Origin: Escherichia phage CJY920
Reading direction: 5' to 3' (one strand)
DNA: 64,000 nucleotides
Sequence record: PQ349265.1
Shown: positions 40,155 to 51,433 of the stretch, piece after piece
How positions within the stretch are numbered: position 1 is the first letter of the stretch
How the letters are laid out: every line of letters begins with the position of its first letter
Position numbers and translations under genes: made by a program
The notes under the pieces: model-generated
Seen by the model: the letters and a program-made list of their open reading frames with translations, nothing else
What the model was told of the DNA's origin: nothing
Databases searched by the model: none

Positions 40155-42133
40155 TGTGATATAGGCTCCAAATCGATAGTTAAGTATTGTGGACGTAAAT
40201 CATTTTCAAATACAATCAGTGAACCATCGCGTGTGAAAATAACATCGTCTATTGGATCAGAATATAGCTCAATAGTCTGAACCTCAAATTTATCGGATGT
40301 TAAATTAATTTTAGCGATATTCCAATAAATCATGTCAGCTGGATAATTTATTTCACCGATAACGTAGTATTTGTCGCGTCCATCGGAACTTGCTAATTTA
40401 TTAAAATCATTGCCTGTATATGGCTGAATGTTTTCATTTTCTGTAACATCACCCGAAGCAAATGGACCAATAATAACTTTGCCAATTCCTTTAGAATCTC
40501 TGTCTGTTGATACTATACGAACGTCGTATAGTATATCTTCTTCTAAACCAGTATCAGGATTTACAACCTTTCGTCCAGAATTAAATGAAAACGTATTAGA
40601 TTCCATAGAACGGTCTTTTATTTGATTATTGTATTTAATACCTGCTTCAGGCGTTTTATAGAAGTTTTGTACTTCACGAACAATTTGAATTGTCGCTGAT
40701 GAGCCAATGATAGAATGATCTGCATCATCTACATATGTCAACATCTTAGATTTAGCGAAAGATGAGTTAAAAATTTCTACATCTTCGGTATAATAACGAT
40801 CAATTTTATCAATTATTTGACCTTCGAGCCACTGTTCGGATTCTTGCAGCTTATTTAAAGCATATGTGACTTTTAAATTAGTCTTAATAAAAAGGTAATT
40901 AGGAGAAATAATTGATGGTGTAATAGGAGCTAAATTATAGTCTTTGAGATAATTTTTAATATCTTCACGCTGTACAGTAGTTAAATACAGACCTGATTTA
41001 GGTTTAGCAGCAATAAATGCATAACCGGGTTTTGTAGAATCAGTGAAAGTTTGAACTGCTTGAATAATAGAACCAAATCTCTCTGAAACGAATGTATCAT
41101 AATCAGTCGCAGTTACGCAGCGTTGTTGGGTTTCGCGTTTAATAGTACCCAATTCGCGAATACGCTCAATATCTTCTGGGTCACCGCCGCCATCTGCTCC
41201 AACGAAATCTGGGTCGTCGTTTGGATTTTCATTAATATTGATGACAGTTATATTTGTTAATGTATCTGCGTATGAAAATCCGACTGCGCCATTCGCATCT
41301 GCACCGTTAGTACTGATGTACTCAATAACAATCGTAGAGTTCTGGGTAGGTTTAAGACCTCCAATGTAATTAGCGGTCAATGCTCCTTCTGCCGCATTAA
41401 CAGAAATCTCACCTTCACCAAAATAAAATTCAGTATTTCCATCAATAGTTTCACGCATGTAGTAAATTGTTGATGTAGAACCAGCATGAACCATTGACTT
41501 TCTTGTCCAGTTAATCCATTCTGCTCCATCAACGTACAGTTTAACTTGGTTTCTATCTATATTTTTGTCATAAATGATAATCGGTGTTAATTTATCATAA
41601 ATGATTTCAGTTCTTACTATACGTCCCTGGGCTAATTTTAAACGCGGAAAATATTGGTTATTTTTATCACGAATAGCAATAACATCTTCGGTAGAAACGA
41701 AGTTATATGGATTAACAGAAGTATCCTTTGCATATGCTAAAAAGCGAGTTCCGCGAGGAATAGTAATGTAATTCCTATTCAATGCGTCGGTGCATGTTAA
41801 CATAATTTCGGTCTGCGCAGCGGATTTTGAAGTAGGTAAATATCCGTTATCTTGCGCAGCTTGAACAACTGAACTTCGTAAGTTAGCAGTACGCATAAAG
41901 CTTTCATACAAGGCAGCATTACCAAACTGCTGAATGTACAACGTATTATAAGCTAAAAGGTCACACAGAACGTTTAATCTTGAACCTTCAAAATCATAAT
42001 CCAAAAATTCATTTTGGCCATTAAGCCATTCAATGAGGTTTTGTTTTATTTCAGCAAATGTACCCCCGACGAATATCTCGGGAATAGCATTTGCTGTTCG
42101 TGTTAATTGATAATTTACAGGGGTATTTGCCAT
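40151..42133 (-). CDS. 6: baseplate wedge subunit gp6
   Basis: 660-aa ORF; T4 length and synteny. Confidence 0.9.
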   Translation of the reverse strand: MANTPVNYQLTRTANAIPEIFVGGTFAEIKQNLIEWLNGQNEFLDYDFEGSRLNVLCDLLAYNTLYIQQFGNAALYESFMRTANLRSSVVQAAQDNGYLPTSKSAAQTEIMLTCTDALNRNYITIPRGTRFLAYAKDTSVNPYNFVSTEDVIAIRDKNNQYFPRLKLAQGRIVRTEIIYDKLTPIIIYDKNIDRNQVKLYVDGAEWINWTRKSMVHAGSTSTIYYMRETIDGNTEFYFGEGEISVNAAEGALTANYIGGLKPTQNSTIVIEYISTNGADANGAVGFSYADTLTNITVININENPNDDPDFVGADGGGDPEDIERIRELGTIKRETQQRCVTATDYDTFVSERFGSIIQAVQTFTDSTKPGYAFIAAKPKSGLYLTTVQREDIKNYLKDYNLAPITPSIISPNYLFIKTNLKVTYALNKLQESEQWLEGQIIDKIDRYYTEDVEIFNSSFAKSKMLTYVDDADHSIIGSSATIQIVREVQNFYKTPEAGIKYNNQIKDRSMESNTFSFNSGRKVVNPDTGLEEDILYDVRIVSTDRDSKGIGKVIIGPFASGDVTENENIQPYTGNDFNKLASSDGRDKYYVIGEINYPADMIYWNIAKINLTSDKFEVQTIELYSDPIDDVIFTRDGSLIVFENDLRPQYLTIDLEPISQ

Positions 42134-42141
42134 TTTAAATC

Positions 42142-42435
42142 CTATTTAATGAATACTTTAGATGATGCCTGAGCCACAGTATCACCGCATGATATTGGAT
42201 CAGCCATTTGAACAGCTTTCTTTCCATTGACATATACCTTAGAAGTTCTAGGTTGTGTCACTCCGCCATGTGTTTCATATGGCTTTTTAATTTCTGTATG
42301 TTCTGTAATTGGATCACCTGCTACGAGAACAGCAATTCCTCCAGTGAATACTTTACTTTGTGTAGCATTCACAACTGTTGGAGGCCATACTTCATGGCCA
42401 GCAGTAACACACTTATCATAACTTAATCCTGACAT
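42142..42435 (-). CDS. 5.4: PAAR-repeat spike-tip protein gp5.4
   Basis: 97-aa ORF; Gly/His-rich PAAR-like sequence; T4 length. Confidence 0.8.
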   Translation of the reverse strand: MSGLSYDKCVTAGHEVWPPTVVNATQSKVFTGGIAVLVAGDPITEHTEIKKPYETHGGVTQPRTSKVYVNGKKAVQMADPISCGDTVAQASSKVFIK

Positions 42436-43013
42436 TTATAATACCCCGCTTTAACTCGCCCCTTTAAGGTACTATAATTTATATTAAGAGCTTTAGCTGC
42501 GATTTTAATACTTTTATATAAAACGCCGTTGATAATAATAGATTTAGCATTAGGGGCTATTTTGCCATACATTGGGTTATTGGCGCCGCACATCTTCGGA
42601 GTTTTACCTCTAGGCCCTCTAGGCCCTCTTTTTCTAGACGATTTAATGCTAATTTTCAATCTAGTTTCACGCGAATGAGATTTACCGTAAAATCCATTTT
42701 TAACACCCGCTGTGCTATGTTTTGGGAAGCCACCGATACCACCTAGTTTCATATTATAAGTTTTCTCAGATTTAACAAATTCCTCTGTGACTATTTCTGC
42801 CTCTGCGTCATACATAGCTTTTTCAGATTCAAAGAATTTTATAATATGCTTATAAAAATTATCTATGCCATATTTTTTAATGGCATTTTTAATGGCAACG
42901 CCAGAACCCATATACCCATCATCCAAATTTGAAGTTTTATGGACACCTACATAAATTTTTCCCGTTGTTTTATTAGTTATTGAATACAAATAAAAATATT
43001 TATGGCCTCTCAT
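42423..43013 (-). CDS. GIY-YIG homing endonuclease (Seg-like)
   Basis: 196-aa ORF; [20 protein letters not shown]...GYMGSG core; NUMOD3-like NGFYGKSHS and GANNPMYGK; C-terminal HTH-like tail. Confidence 0.8.
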   Translation of the reverse strand: MRGHKYFYLYSITNKTTGKIYVGVHKTSNLDDGYMGSGVAIKNAIKKYGIDNFYKHIIKFFESEKAMYDAEAEIVTEEFVKSEKTYNMKLGGIGGFPKHSTAGVKNGFYGKSHSRETRLKISIKSSRKRGPRGPRGKTPKMCGANNPMYGKIAPNAKSIIINGVLYKSIKIAAKALNINYSTLKGRVKAGYYKCQD

Positions 43014-43518
43014 ACACGTAGCTTCTCAATTTATTAGCCCAACGACTCCAATTTCCAACTATAGTTTTTGTATAATTTTTAACAAGAGTTTTTCTTATTG
43101 GAGCTGGAGGATTCGTTGGTTCAGTAGTATCAGAAGATGACCTAGAATTACTGCCAGAACCTCCAGATTCACTTTGTTCTTGGTAGTCATATATTAATGT
43201 TACTTCGTAAGTGAATGTCTTCTGGAGGTTTTGAGGAGCTTTCCATAGATATAACTGAGTATTAGAATCAGTTGGAAGGTCTTCCCATGAAGCAGCAGTT
43301 TTAAATTCATTATCTAAACGATATTTCAACGCGTCATTTCCAAATCCAAACACAGATTCATACGTTCCATATAAACGATTTTCTTCTACTAAAACCCCAG
43401 GAGTTTCTTCGTAACTAGTTATATTTATAGATACTAACGTTTCACCTGTTTCTAATTGAGCGGTAAAGGTGACGTCGATAGAAGAACCTTCCATGGATTC
43501 TCCTAAATCAGCGCTCAT
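43000..43518 (-). CDS. hypothetical protein (gene 5.1 position)
   Basis: Track ORF starts at TTG 43536; ATG 43518 gives 172 aa; Ser/Gly-rich linker. Confidence 0.5.
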   Translation of the reverse strand: MSADLGESMEGSSIDVTFTAQLETGETLVSINITSYEETPGVLVEENRLYGTYESVFGFGNDALKYRLDNEFKTAASWEDLPTDSNTQLYLWKAPQNLQKTFTYEVTLIYDYQEQSESGGSGSNSRSSSDTTEPTNPPAPIRKTLVKNYTKTIVGNWSRWANKLRSYVYERP

Positions 43519-43528
43519 TGGAAGTATA

Positions 43529-44395
43529 TTAGCCAATTGTTGAATTCTCTAATGATGTAAATTTATAATCACATTTTTTCAACGCTTTTAAAATTGCGTT
43601 ATAACTTACATCCGGGAGGTCGTGTTCAATTGCTTTTTCTCTAAACCATTTGTATTTCTGTGGATGTGGTTTTCCCAAATCCTCCCAAAGTTTTTTGACT
43701 TTTTCTATACTAATCCAAGGTTCAACTGATCTTAGTTTTTTATTTCTAGCATCTAATCTCGATTTTCTTATCAAAGGATCATTCCATGATTGTTTCGTTC
43801 CTTCTATTTTTCCTGGATGATTGATTAATTTGTTTCTATATTCATCGGATTTCCATAAAGATTTAACGGTATTAGAAATACGAATTTTTAATGTTGGATC
43901 ATTTTCAAAAGCAGTTTTCATCGCATTACTCATTTTCTTTCGATATTCTGGTGATGCGCATCTTTCTTTGTTTATTTTAGATATTTTCTCTGAAAATTCT
44001 TTAGTTGACGTTGATTTAGCTAATGCCTTCAATTGAGCTTTCCTATATTCAGGATTAGACCACATTCTCTTCAAATCTTCGGATGAAAAACCATCACCGC
44101 CGGATTTTATATTGGTACATAGAATGTCAGATGATTTATATTTCGAAATCCAATACCTTTCTCTTAAATTAAGAATTTCATAAGTAGAAACAAATTCAAT
44201 TATTTCAAAATCTATTTTATAACCAGGTTTATTGCGTATCTTTTTAATATAATCACCGGAACCTATATACTTGTCATTTTCTAAATCAAAATATCTAGAT
44301 TCATGTTTACCAATATAAACACGTACTAATCCTTTTGGATTAGTAACGGTTGTTTTATATATGTATCTAAATTGAACAGTGTTAGATTTTTTCAT
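43529..44395 (-). CDS. GIY-YIG-type homing endonuclease with repeated W-x-x-P/D-E-Y-R modules
   Basis: 288-aa ORF; FRYIYKTT...VRVYIGKHE core; three repeats WSNPEYRKAQ / SPEYRKKM / KSDEYRNKL also seen in segB. Confidence 0.7.
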   Translation of the reverse strand: MKKSNTVQFRYIYKTTVTNPKGLVRVYIGKHESRYFDLENDKYIGSGDYIKKIRNKPGYKIDFEIIEFVSTYEILNLRERYWISKYKSSDILCTNIKSGGDGFSSEDLKRMWSNPEYRKAQLKALAKSTSTKEFSEKISKINKERCASPEYRKKMSNAMKTAFENDPTLKIRISNTVKSLWKSDEYRNKLINHPGKIEGTKQSWNDPLIRKSRLDARNKKLRSVEPWISIEKVKKLWEDLGKPHPQKYKWFREKAIEHDLPDVSYNAILKALKKCDYKFTSLENSTIG

Positions 44396-44413
44396 AATTC
44401 ACCTCTGAATTAT

Positions 44414-46144
44414 TTATAAACCTACGTCTATACGGCTACCATCAATTGTGTATTGACCAGATGAAATAGAACTCATAGATGCCATTTTTTCTGTCCAATC
44501 GCCACCAACGTCCCAGTCAACTGTCCCAGCAACTTTCCAAGAAAGATTTCCATTTACTGTATTAGTCTGATTTCCTTCAACTAAAGTGGTAGCATCCCCT
44601 TTAACTGTAATGTCAGCATTACCTTCAACTACAATAGTAACATTACCTTTGACTAGGATAGTTCCATTACCTTCAACCGTCTTAGTTTCATCGCCACGTA
44701 CAAATATTGTATTGCTTCCATCTATTTGGTGGAGACGATTATCCATGTTGTAATAAATTTCTGATCCACCGACGTTAGTCTTTTTATCGCCAGCTACCAA
44801 AAAATTACCATCAGCATTTGTTATATCATACAAATTATCAACAGTTTTTCTTGTTCTTCTTCCTGACGGTGATACTTCTTCATAAGTTCCAGTTGGATGA
44901 ACTAATCTATATCGTTCTTGCCCAGGGGTATCATCAAATTCTTGGATATGTCCGCTTTCAGTTTCCATTGTATGCACATAAGGATATTCACCTTTATATG
45001 AAGAAACTGGTTCTTTGAATAAAATTCTCGAGTCATTTGGAATAGGAGGGTCAGCAGGGTCAGAAGATTTAGCTACAGTAGCAGCCATTGCTGACAAAGA
45101 CCTAGCTGGTGTTTTAACTTCAATACCGTATGATTCCAAATTACCCGTAAGAATAATCATGGTAACACGGGATGCACGGCCTTTTGTTTGTTGATACCAC
45201 AATGAATCACGACCAGCTTTATATGCTTTTTCCCAATCTCCGGCTAACATAGCTGTTAACATTGTGCTAAATTTAGCTACACCGCCAACACCCATCTGAA
45301 ATGCCATATTTTCTAATGCCATTTGACGAGAACGATTAACTGCTTGCCAAACTGGGCCAACTTTAGAATGTGATTTAATGTCACGTTGCATATCAGCCAA
45401 ATCGCGTTCAAATAAAGTTACCGCTTCTTCCATTGTAATAGAACCTGGATTTCCGGTAATTTCACGACCAACTTGTTTTGATAAAACTTTATTAATTTGG
45501 TTCATATCACGAACTGGCTGCTTCATGATAAGATGACCAATACCAATTGTCGGATATCCTTCTGTATCCCAATAAACTTTTAGTCTTAATCCTTCATCAC
45601 GGCGAAGCATTTCAGCCATTGACATATTTGGATTATCATCAGTTGGAATTTCTGATAGCGGTCTATCATCGGGATTTATCGCAGTGTCTAGATTGCTATC
45701 TTGGATAATATTAGAAGACGAATCATATCCTACTTCTCCGCCTTGGTTTAATACGTTAGTATCATTTCCTAAACGTCTAGGATACTGTCCGGTTGGGTCA
45801 GAAAATCCTTCAAGTCTATTCGGTTTTTCGCGAACTATTCCACCATACGTGCCAAGGACAATTCCGTTAGTTTTCCATTTGTCTAAAAAATGACCATAAA
45901 CTCTAGTTCCTTCTACCGGTCCAGTAACAGAACCTCCAATTCCAGACATTGCTGCAGAAGTTATAGGTTGAATAACTGACATCCATGGTAATTTTTCAGT
46001 TGGAATACCCATTACATCACCTTGTGCTCTTTGAGGTGGATGCAAACCAACCACACGAACACGAACACGACCTAATTTTAATGGGTCCATTCTATCTTCA
46101 ACAACACCAACAAACCAGTTGAGGTTATTACTTATCATTTCCAT
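44414..46144 (-). CDS. 5: baseplate hub subunit and tail lysozyme gp5
   Basis: 576-aa ORF; central lysozyme domain followed by a beta-helix VxGxxxxx repeat region; T4 synteny. Confidence 0.9.
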   Translation of the reverse strand: MEMISNNLNWFVGVVEDRMDPLKLGRVRVRVVGLHPPQRAQGDVMGIPTEKLPWMSVIQPITSAAMSGIGGSVTGPVEGTRVYGHFLDKWKTNGIVLGTYGGIVREKPNRLEGFSDPTGQYPRRLGNDTNVLNQGGEVGYDSSSNIIQDSNLDTAINPDDRPLSEIPTDDNPNMSMAEMLRRDEGLRLKVYWDTEGYPTIGIGHLIMKQPVRDMNQINKVLSKQVGREITGNPGSITMEEAVTLFERDLADMQRDIKSHSKVGPVWQAVNRSRQMALENMAFQMGVGGVAKFSTMLTAMLAGDWEKAYKAGRDSLWYQQTKGRASRVTMIILTGNLESYGIEVKTPARSLSAMAATVAKSSDPADPPIPNDSRILFKEPVSSYKGEYPYVHTMETESGHIQEFDDTPGQERYRLVHPTGTYEEVSPSGRRTRKTVDNLYDITNADGNFLVAGDKKTNVGGSEIYYNMDNRLHQIDGSNTIFVRGDETKTVEGNGTILVKGNVTIVVEGNADITVKGDATTLVEGNQTNTVNGNLSWKVAGTVDWDVGGDWTEKMASMSSISSGQYTIDGSRIDVGL

Positions 46145-46718
46145 AAGATTTCTCCATTATACGTATAAGGTCGTTCATAAATGAATTGATGTCTGATTTT
46201 GCTATTATTTTTATTTGACGAAGTTTTTCATTTTCAAGAACAGCCGATTCATACGTATCGACCGCAGCAAGTGCTCCTTCGTATTGAGGATATTTTCTAG
46301 CTTTATCGCCTTTATCATACCAAACATACGGATTATCATCGTATGATATTAAATTATAAAATTTTTCACCGTTCTCATTCACATGATACACTATTTGGTC
46401 TCCACCTATGTTTTTGTATTTTTGTATAGATGCTTGATAAGCAGCTTCTTGTGAAGTAATCCATCCATAATACGGATCATAATTATCATTACACATCAAT
46501 AAAACCCAATACAACTGCGGATTTCCATATATAGCATTTGCTAATTCTTCCGGGCGTGGTGAACCTTTAATATAATAAGTACGTAAGCGATATCCCGCAA
46601 GAGCGCGTTTGAAATAGTCTTTATAGTTTCTAAAAATATCTGTCATAGGAATAGTCGGCGCGTTTTTATTCACCGTTTTGGCCGCATATTCAATCGGATC
46701 AAAAAATGTAAAGAGCAT
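46128..46718 (-). CDS. 53: baseplate wedge subunit gp53
   Basis: 196-aa ORF; T4 length and synteny. Confidence 0.85.
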   Translation of the reverse strand: MLFTFFDPIEYAAKTVNKNAPTIPMTDIFRNYKDYFKRALAGYRLRTYYIKGSPRPEELANAIYGNPQLYWVLLMCNDNYDPYYGWITSQEAAYQASIQKYKNIGGDQIVYHVNENGEKFYNLISYDDNPYVWYDKGDKARKYPQYEGALAAVDTYESAVLENEKLRQIKIIAKSDINSFMNDLIRIMEKSYGNDK

Positions 46719-46731
46719 GGGCCCTCCTGTT

Positions 46732-46754
46732 TATAAATATATTATCTATTTATA
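46732..46754. promoter_or_regulatory. divergent late promoters for gene 4 (plus) and gene 53 (minus)
   Basis: tataaata at 46732-46739 (plus, 27 nt before the gene 4 ATG) and tatttata at 46747-46754 (minus-strand TATAAATA, 29 nt before the gene 53 ATG). Confidence 0.5.
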
Positions 46755-46765
46755 AGGAGAATCCA

Positions 46766-47218
46766 ATGGCATATTCTGGAAAATGGGTTCCTAAAAATAT
46801 ATCAAAATATAGAGGTGACCCTAAAAAAATTACGTATAGATCAAATTGGGAAAAATTCTTTTTTGAATGGTTAGATAAAAATCCAGAAATTATTGCATGG
46901 GGTAGTGAAACAGCAGTAATTCCTTATTTTTGTAATGCAGAAGGGAAAAAACGTAGATACTTCATGGATATTTGGATGAAAGATTCTTCTGGACAAGAAT
47001 TTTTTATTGAAATAAAGCCTAAAAAAGAAACACAACCACCAATTAAACCAGCACATCTAACAACTGCAGCGAAGAAAAGATTTATGAATGAAATTTATAC
47101 ATATTCAGTTAATACTGACAAATGGAAAGCAGCTCAAGCTTTAGCTGAAAAGCGTGGAATAAAATTTAGAATTTTAACAGAAGATGGATTACGAGCTCTT
47201 GGCTTTAAGGGGGCATAA
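46766..47218 (+). CDS. 4: head completion protein gp4
   Basis: 150-aa ORF; T4 length and synteny. Confidence 0.85.
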   Translation: MAYSGKWVPKNISKYRGDPKKITYRSNWEKFFFEWLDKNPEIIAWGSETAVIPYFCNAEGKKRRYFMDIWMKDSSGQEFFIEIKPKKETQPPIKPAHLTTAAKKRFMNEIYTYSVNTDKWKAAQALAEKRGIKFRILTEDGLRALGFKGA

Positions 47219-48045
47219 TGGCTATTTTTCAAATAATTAATGAAAGCACTCCCCAAGTTCCAAAGGTTAAGCAATCATTAAACGAAAAGAAATGGATTCA
47301 GATAGGTCTTGAATACAAAAAGGCCAAAGCAAAAGGAATGTCAGGAAAGCAATTTGCTGAAGAAAGAGGAATCAAATATTCTACGTTTACTTCAGCAATG
47401 TCAAAATATGCTTCAGGAATTAAAACAGCCGAAAAGATTCAAAATCTTGAATCAAAACCAATGAATAAACTCAATAAGCAAGAAAGACAACTGCTTATGA
47501 TAAATTCATTCAGACAAACATTGCGTGATAAAATTCGTAATGAAGGCGCAGCAATTAATAATAAAACCAGAAAGTGGTTTGCTGAAACTATTAAACAGGT
47601 AAAAGGACATAAAGTTGTTCGCCCGCAGCCGGGACGAATATATGCTTTTGCTTACGATGCTAAACACAAGGAAACTCTTCCTTATTGGGATAAATTTCCT
47701 TTGATAATTTACCTCGGTTTAGGTAAACATAATTTAATGTATGGATTGAACTTGCACTATATTCCACCTAAAGCTCGTCAACAGTTTTTAGAAGAGCTTT
47801 TAAAGCAATATTCAAATACACCTACTATTACTAATAAAACGAAATTAAAAATTGATTGGAGTCAAGTGAAAGGATTTAGGGGTGCAGACCAAATGATTAA
47901 GGCATATATACCCGGTAATATTATGGGTAGCCTTGTTGAAATCGCCCCGAAAGACTGGGCGAACGTTGTATTAATGCCACTCCAAAGCTTCTACTCCAAA
48001 GGAAAACGTTTCTCTGCAAACAAAGTTTGGAGCAATGTACGATGA
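47218..48045 (+). CDS. 2: DNA end protector protein gp2
   Basis: 275-aa ORF; T4 synteny. Confidence 0.85.
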   Translation: MAIFQIINESTPQVPKVKQSLNEKKWIQIGLEYKKAKAKGMSGKQFAEERGIKYSTFTSAMSKYASGIKTAEKIQNLESKPMNKLNKQERQLLMINSFRQTLRDKIRNEGAAINNKTRKWFAETIKQVKGHKVVRPQPGRIYAFAYDAKHKETLPYWDKFPLIIYLGLGKHNLMYGLNLHYIPPKARQQFLEELLKQYSNTPTITNKTKLKIDWSQVKGFRGADQMIKAYIPGNIMGSLVEIAPKDWANVVLMPLQSFYSKGKRFSANKVWSNVR

Positions 48046-48701
48046 ATTATGAAAAAATTTATAATTCACTAATTGATAGGGCTCGCAATAGAGCCCTTAT
48101 TGGATATAAAGAAAGACATCATATTATTCCGAAATGTTTAGGCGGTAGTAATGATGCTTCTAACTTGGTTGATTTAACTCCAGAAGAGCATTATGTTGCA
48201 CATCAGCTATTAGTAAAAATACACCCAAATTCTTTAAAATTATCTTATGCAGCCATAAAAATGACGGTTTCAACTAAATATGTTAGGAGAAATAATAAAG
48301 TTTATGGTTGGTTAAAAAGAAAACATGCAAATAATATTTCAAATACACAAACTGGACGAAAATATTATAATAATGGTAAAAGATGTATAAAATTGCATGA
48401 TGGAGATATAATTCCTGAGGGATTTATTTTAGGAAGAGGATGGAGTCCGACACAAGGCACAACTCATTCTAGAAAAAATGATACATTTAAAAACAAAAAG
48501 CTTCAATCTGCTTTAGCTAATAAACGGTGGGAAAAAGAAAAGAAAATAATGTTAGATAACTTTGGAGTTAGCACTATTGATGAAGCAAAGAAAATTGTTC
48601 TTGATTTTAAATCAACTTGTCATCCAAGATATTGGCGAAAGCCAACTTTAGAAAAATTTCCATTTATGACTTCTGCTCGTTTAAGAAGTCTAATAAATTA
48701 A
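48042..48701 (+). CDS. HNH homing endonuclease (Mob-like) inserted between genes 2 and 3
   Basis: Track ORF starts at TTG 48027; ATG 48042 (ATGA overlap with gene 2 stop) gives 219 aa; [38 protein letters not shown] core. Confidence 0.8.
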   Translation: MNYEKIYNSLIDRARNRALIGYKERHHIIPKCLGGSNDASNLVDLTPEEHYVAHQLLVKIHPNSLKLSYAAIKMTVSTKYVRRNNKVYGWLKRKHANNISNTQTGRKYYNNGKRCIKLHDGDIIPEGFILGRGWSPTQGTTHSRKNDTFKNKKLQSALANKRWEKEKKIMLDNFGVSTIDEAKKIVLDFKSTCHPRYWRKPTLEKFPFMTSARLRSLIN

Positions 48702-48807
48702 TTCTATTATCTTCCATTCTTTTCTATTGTTTGTTCTAATTGGAATTGAATGGAAGGGACTTAGACCCATTATACCACCAACATTTATAAAGCATTATGA
48801 GGAATAT

Positions 48808-49338
48808 ATGTCGCAAGAACTACAACAAATTTTTAACCAAGCAAATACAACTAACTTTGTAGTATCAATACCGCATAGTAATACTACATCTGCTTTTACT
48901 TTAAATGCTCAGTCAGTTCCTATTCCAGGAATTAGGATACCTGTTACTGATACCGTGACTGGGCCGTTTGGACTAGGCCGAGCACAGCGTCCAGGAGTTA
49001 CATTTGAGTACGACCCACTCATTGTGAGATTTATAGTTGATGAAGAGCTTAAGTCGTGGATAGGAATGTATGAATGGATGCTAGGAACTAGTAACTATCT
49101 TACAGGCGAAAATACTGCCCAAAAAACAGGTCCTGAATACATTACGCTTTACATTTTAGATAATAGTAAAACTGAAATCGTGATGTCAATAAATTTTTAT
49201 AAGCCTTGGGTTTCTGACCTGTCTGAAGTAGAATTTAGCTACACGGAAGATTCAGACCCGGCTTTAGTATGTACTGCAACGATTCCTTACACCTATTTTC
49301 AAGTAGAAAAAGATGGAAAAATTATAGCAGAAGTTTAA
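48808..49338 (+). CDS. 3: tail completion / tail tube terminator protein gp3
   Basis: Track ORF starts at TTG 48727; ATG 48808 with GAGGA RBS gives 176 aa (T4 length). Confidence 0.85.
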   Translation: MSQELQQIFNQANTTNFVVSIPHSNTTSAFTLNAQSVPIPGIRIPVTDTVTGPFGLGRAQRPGVTFEYDPLIVRFIVDEELKSWIGMYEWMLGTSNYLTGENTAQKTGPEYITLYILDNSKTEIVMSINFYKPWVSDLSEVEFSYTEDSDPALVCTATIPYTYFQVEKDGKIIAEV

Positions 49339-49387
49339 TGCTTCAGTTTCATGTGTTATAATCTTAACTAAATTTGAGGAGAAACAC

Positions 49388-50112
49388 ATGAAACTAATCT
49401 TTTTAAGCGGTGTAAAGCGTAGTGGAAAAGATACTACCGCAGATTTTATCATGGAAAATTATTCTGCAGTTAAATATCAACTTGCTGGTCCTATTAAAGA
49501 TGCATTGGCTTATGCATGGGGCGTATTCGCAGCAAACACTGACTATCCTTGCTTAACTCGTAAAGAGTTTGAAGGAATTGACTATGATCGTGAGACTAAT
49601 TTGAATCTGACTAAATTAGAAGTAATTACGATTATGGAACAAGCATTTTGCTATCTTAATAGTAAAAGCCCAATTAAAGGCGTGTTTGTTTTTGATGACG
49701 AAGGAAAAGAATCAGTTACTTTCGTAGCATTTAACAAGATTGCTGACGTTATAAATAATATTGAAGATCAATGGTCAGTCCGTCGTCTGATGCAAGCCCT
49801 AGGTACGGATTTGATTGTTAATAACTTCGACCGCATGTATTGGGTAAAATTATTTGCTTTAGATTATCTTGATAAATTTAACTCAGGTTATGATTATTAT
49901 ATCGTTCCTGATACTCGTCAAGATCATGAAATGGATGCGGCTAGGGCGATGGGTGCTACAGTAATTCATGTAGTTCGTCCTGGTCAAAAATCCAATGATA
50001 CTCATATTACAGAAGCTGGATTGCCAATTCGTGATGGCGATTTAGTAATTACAAACGATGGTTCTCTTGAAGAACTTTTTTCTAAAATTAAAAATACACT
50101 AAAGGTACTATA

Positions 50113-50113
<1 letters not shown>
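49388..50113 (+). CDS. 1: deoxynucleoside monophosphate kinase gp1
   Basis: 241-aa ORF; P-loop GVKRSGKDT near the N-terminus; T4 length. Confidence 0.9.
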
Positions 50114-50810
<697 letters not shown>

Positions 50811-50814
50811 TTTC

Positions 50815-50855
50815 ACAAAGTTGTTTACACGTTGATGAGGTAGTGATACTATTAT
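50815..50855 (+). promoter_or_regulatory. T4-type early promoter upstream of ipI
   Basis: GTTTAC at 50823-50828, 17 nt spacer, TACTAT -10; preceded by tttcacaaagtt motif. Confidence 0.5.
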
Positions 50856-50882
50856 CTCATCAAAATTAATTAGGAAAATAAA

Positions 50883-51170
50883 ATGAAAACTTTCAAAGAA
50901 TTTACTTCTACAACTACCCCGGTTTCTACTATTACTGAAGCTACTCTTACTTCTGAAGTTATTAAAGCAAATAAAGGACGAGAAGGTAAACCAATGATTA
51001 GTTTGGTTGATGGCGAAGAAATCAAAGGTACTGTTTACCTAGGTGATGGGTGGTCTGCTAAAAAGGATGGTGCTACAATCATTATCTCTCCTGCTGAAGA
51101 AACTGCGTTGTTTAAAGCTAAACACATTTCTGCGGCACATCTCAAGATTATTGCTAAAAATCTTTTGTAA
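50883..51170 (+). CDS. ipI: internal protein I (IpI-like) with capsid-targeting leader
   Basis: 95-aa ORF; N-terminal MKTFKEF... with an ITE-A motif consistent with gp21 cleavage (L/I-x-E). Confidence 0.7.
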   Translation: MKTFKEFTSTTTPVSTITEATLTSEVIKANKGREGKPMISLVDGEEIKGTVYLGDGWSAKKDGATIIISPAEETALFKAKHISAAHLKIIAKNLL

Positions 51171-51179
51171 TAAATATTT

Positions 51180-51222
51180 CACAAAGTTGTTTACATAGGG
51201 TTTTAGTTGTGATACTATTACC
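51180..51222 (+). promoter_or_regulatory. T4-type early promoter
   Basis: GTTTAC at 51188-51193 with downstream gatactat -10; same upstream motif tttcacaaagtt. Confidence 0.45.
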
Positions 51223-51246
51223 CTATCAACTACCGAGGAGAATAAA

Positions 51247-51432
51247 ATGAAACGTTGTGAATTAATTCGAAATGTTGCTATTGCAATTTCTGCTTCCGCT
51301 TTTAGTTTTTCAATGTTTGTTGGATTTATATGCGGATTATTGACTACAGCAGAAAATGTGTTTTCACTTGTAGTAGCATTTTTAATTGGTTTAATTGCTA
51401 TCGTTATGGATAAAATTTCTAAAGGTGAATAG
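51247..51432 (+). CDS. small membrane protein
   Basis: 61-aa ORF; two hydrophobic segments; GAGGAG RBS. Confidence 0.5.
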   Translation: MKRCELIRNVAIAISASAFSFSMFVGFICGLLTTAENVFSLVVAFLIGLIAIVMDKISKGE

Positions 51433-51433
51433 A

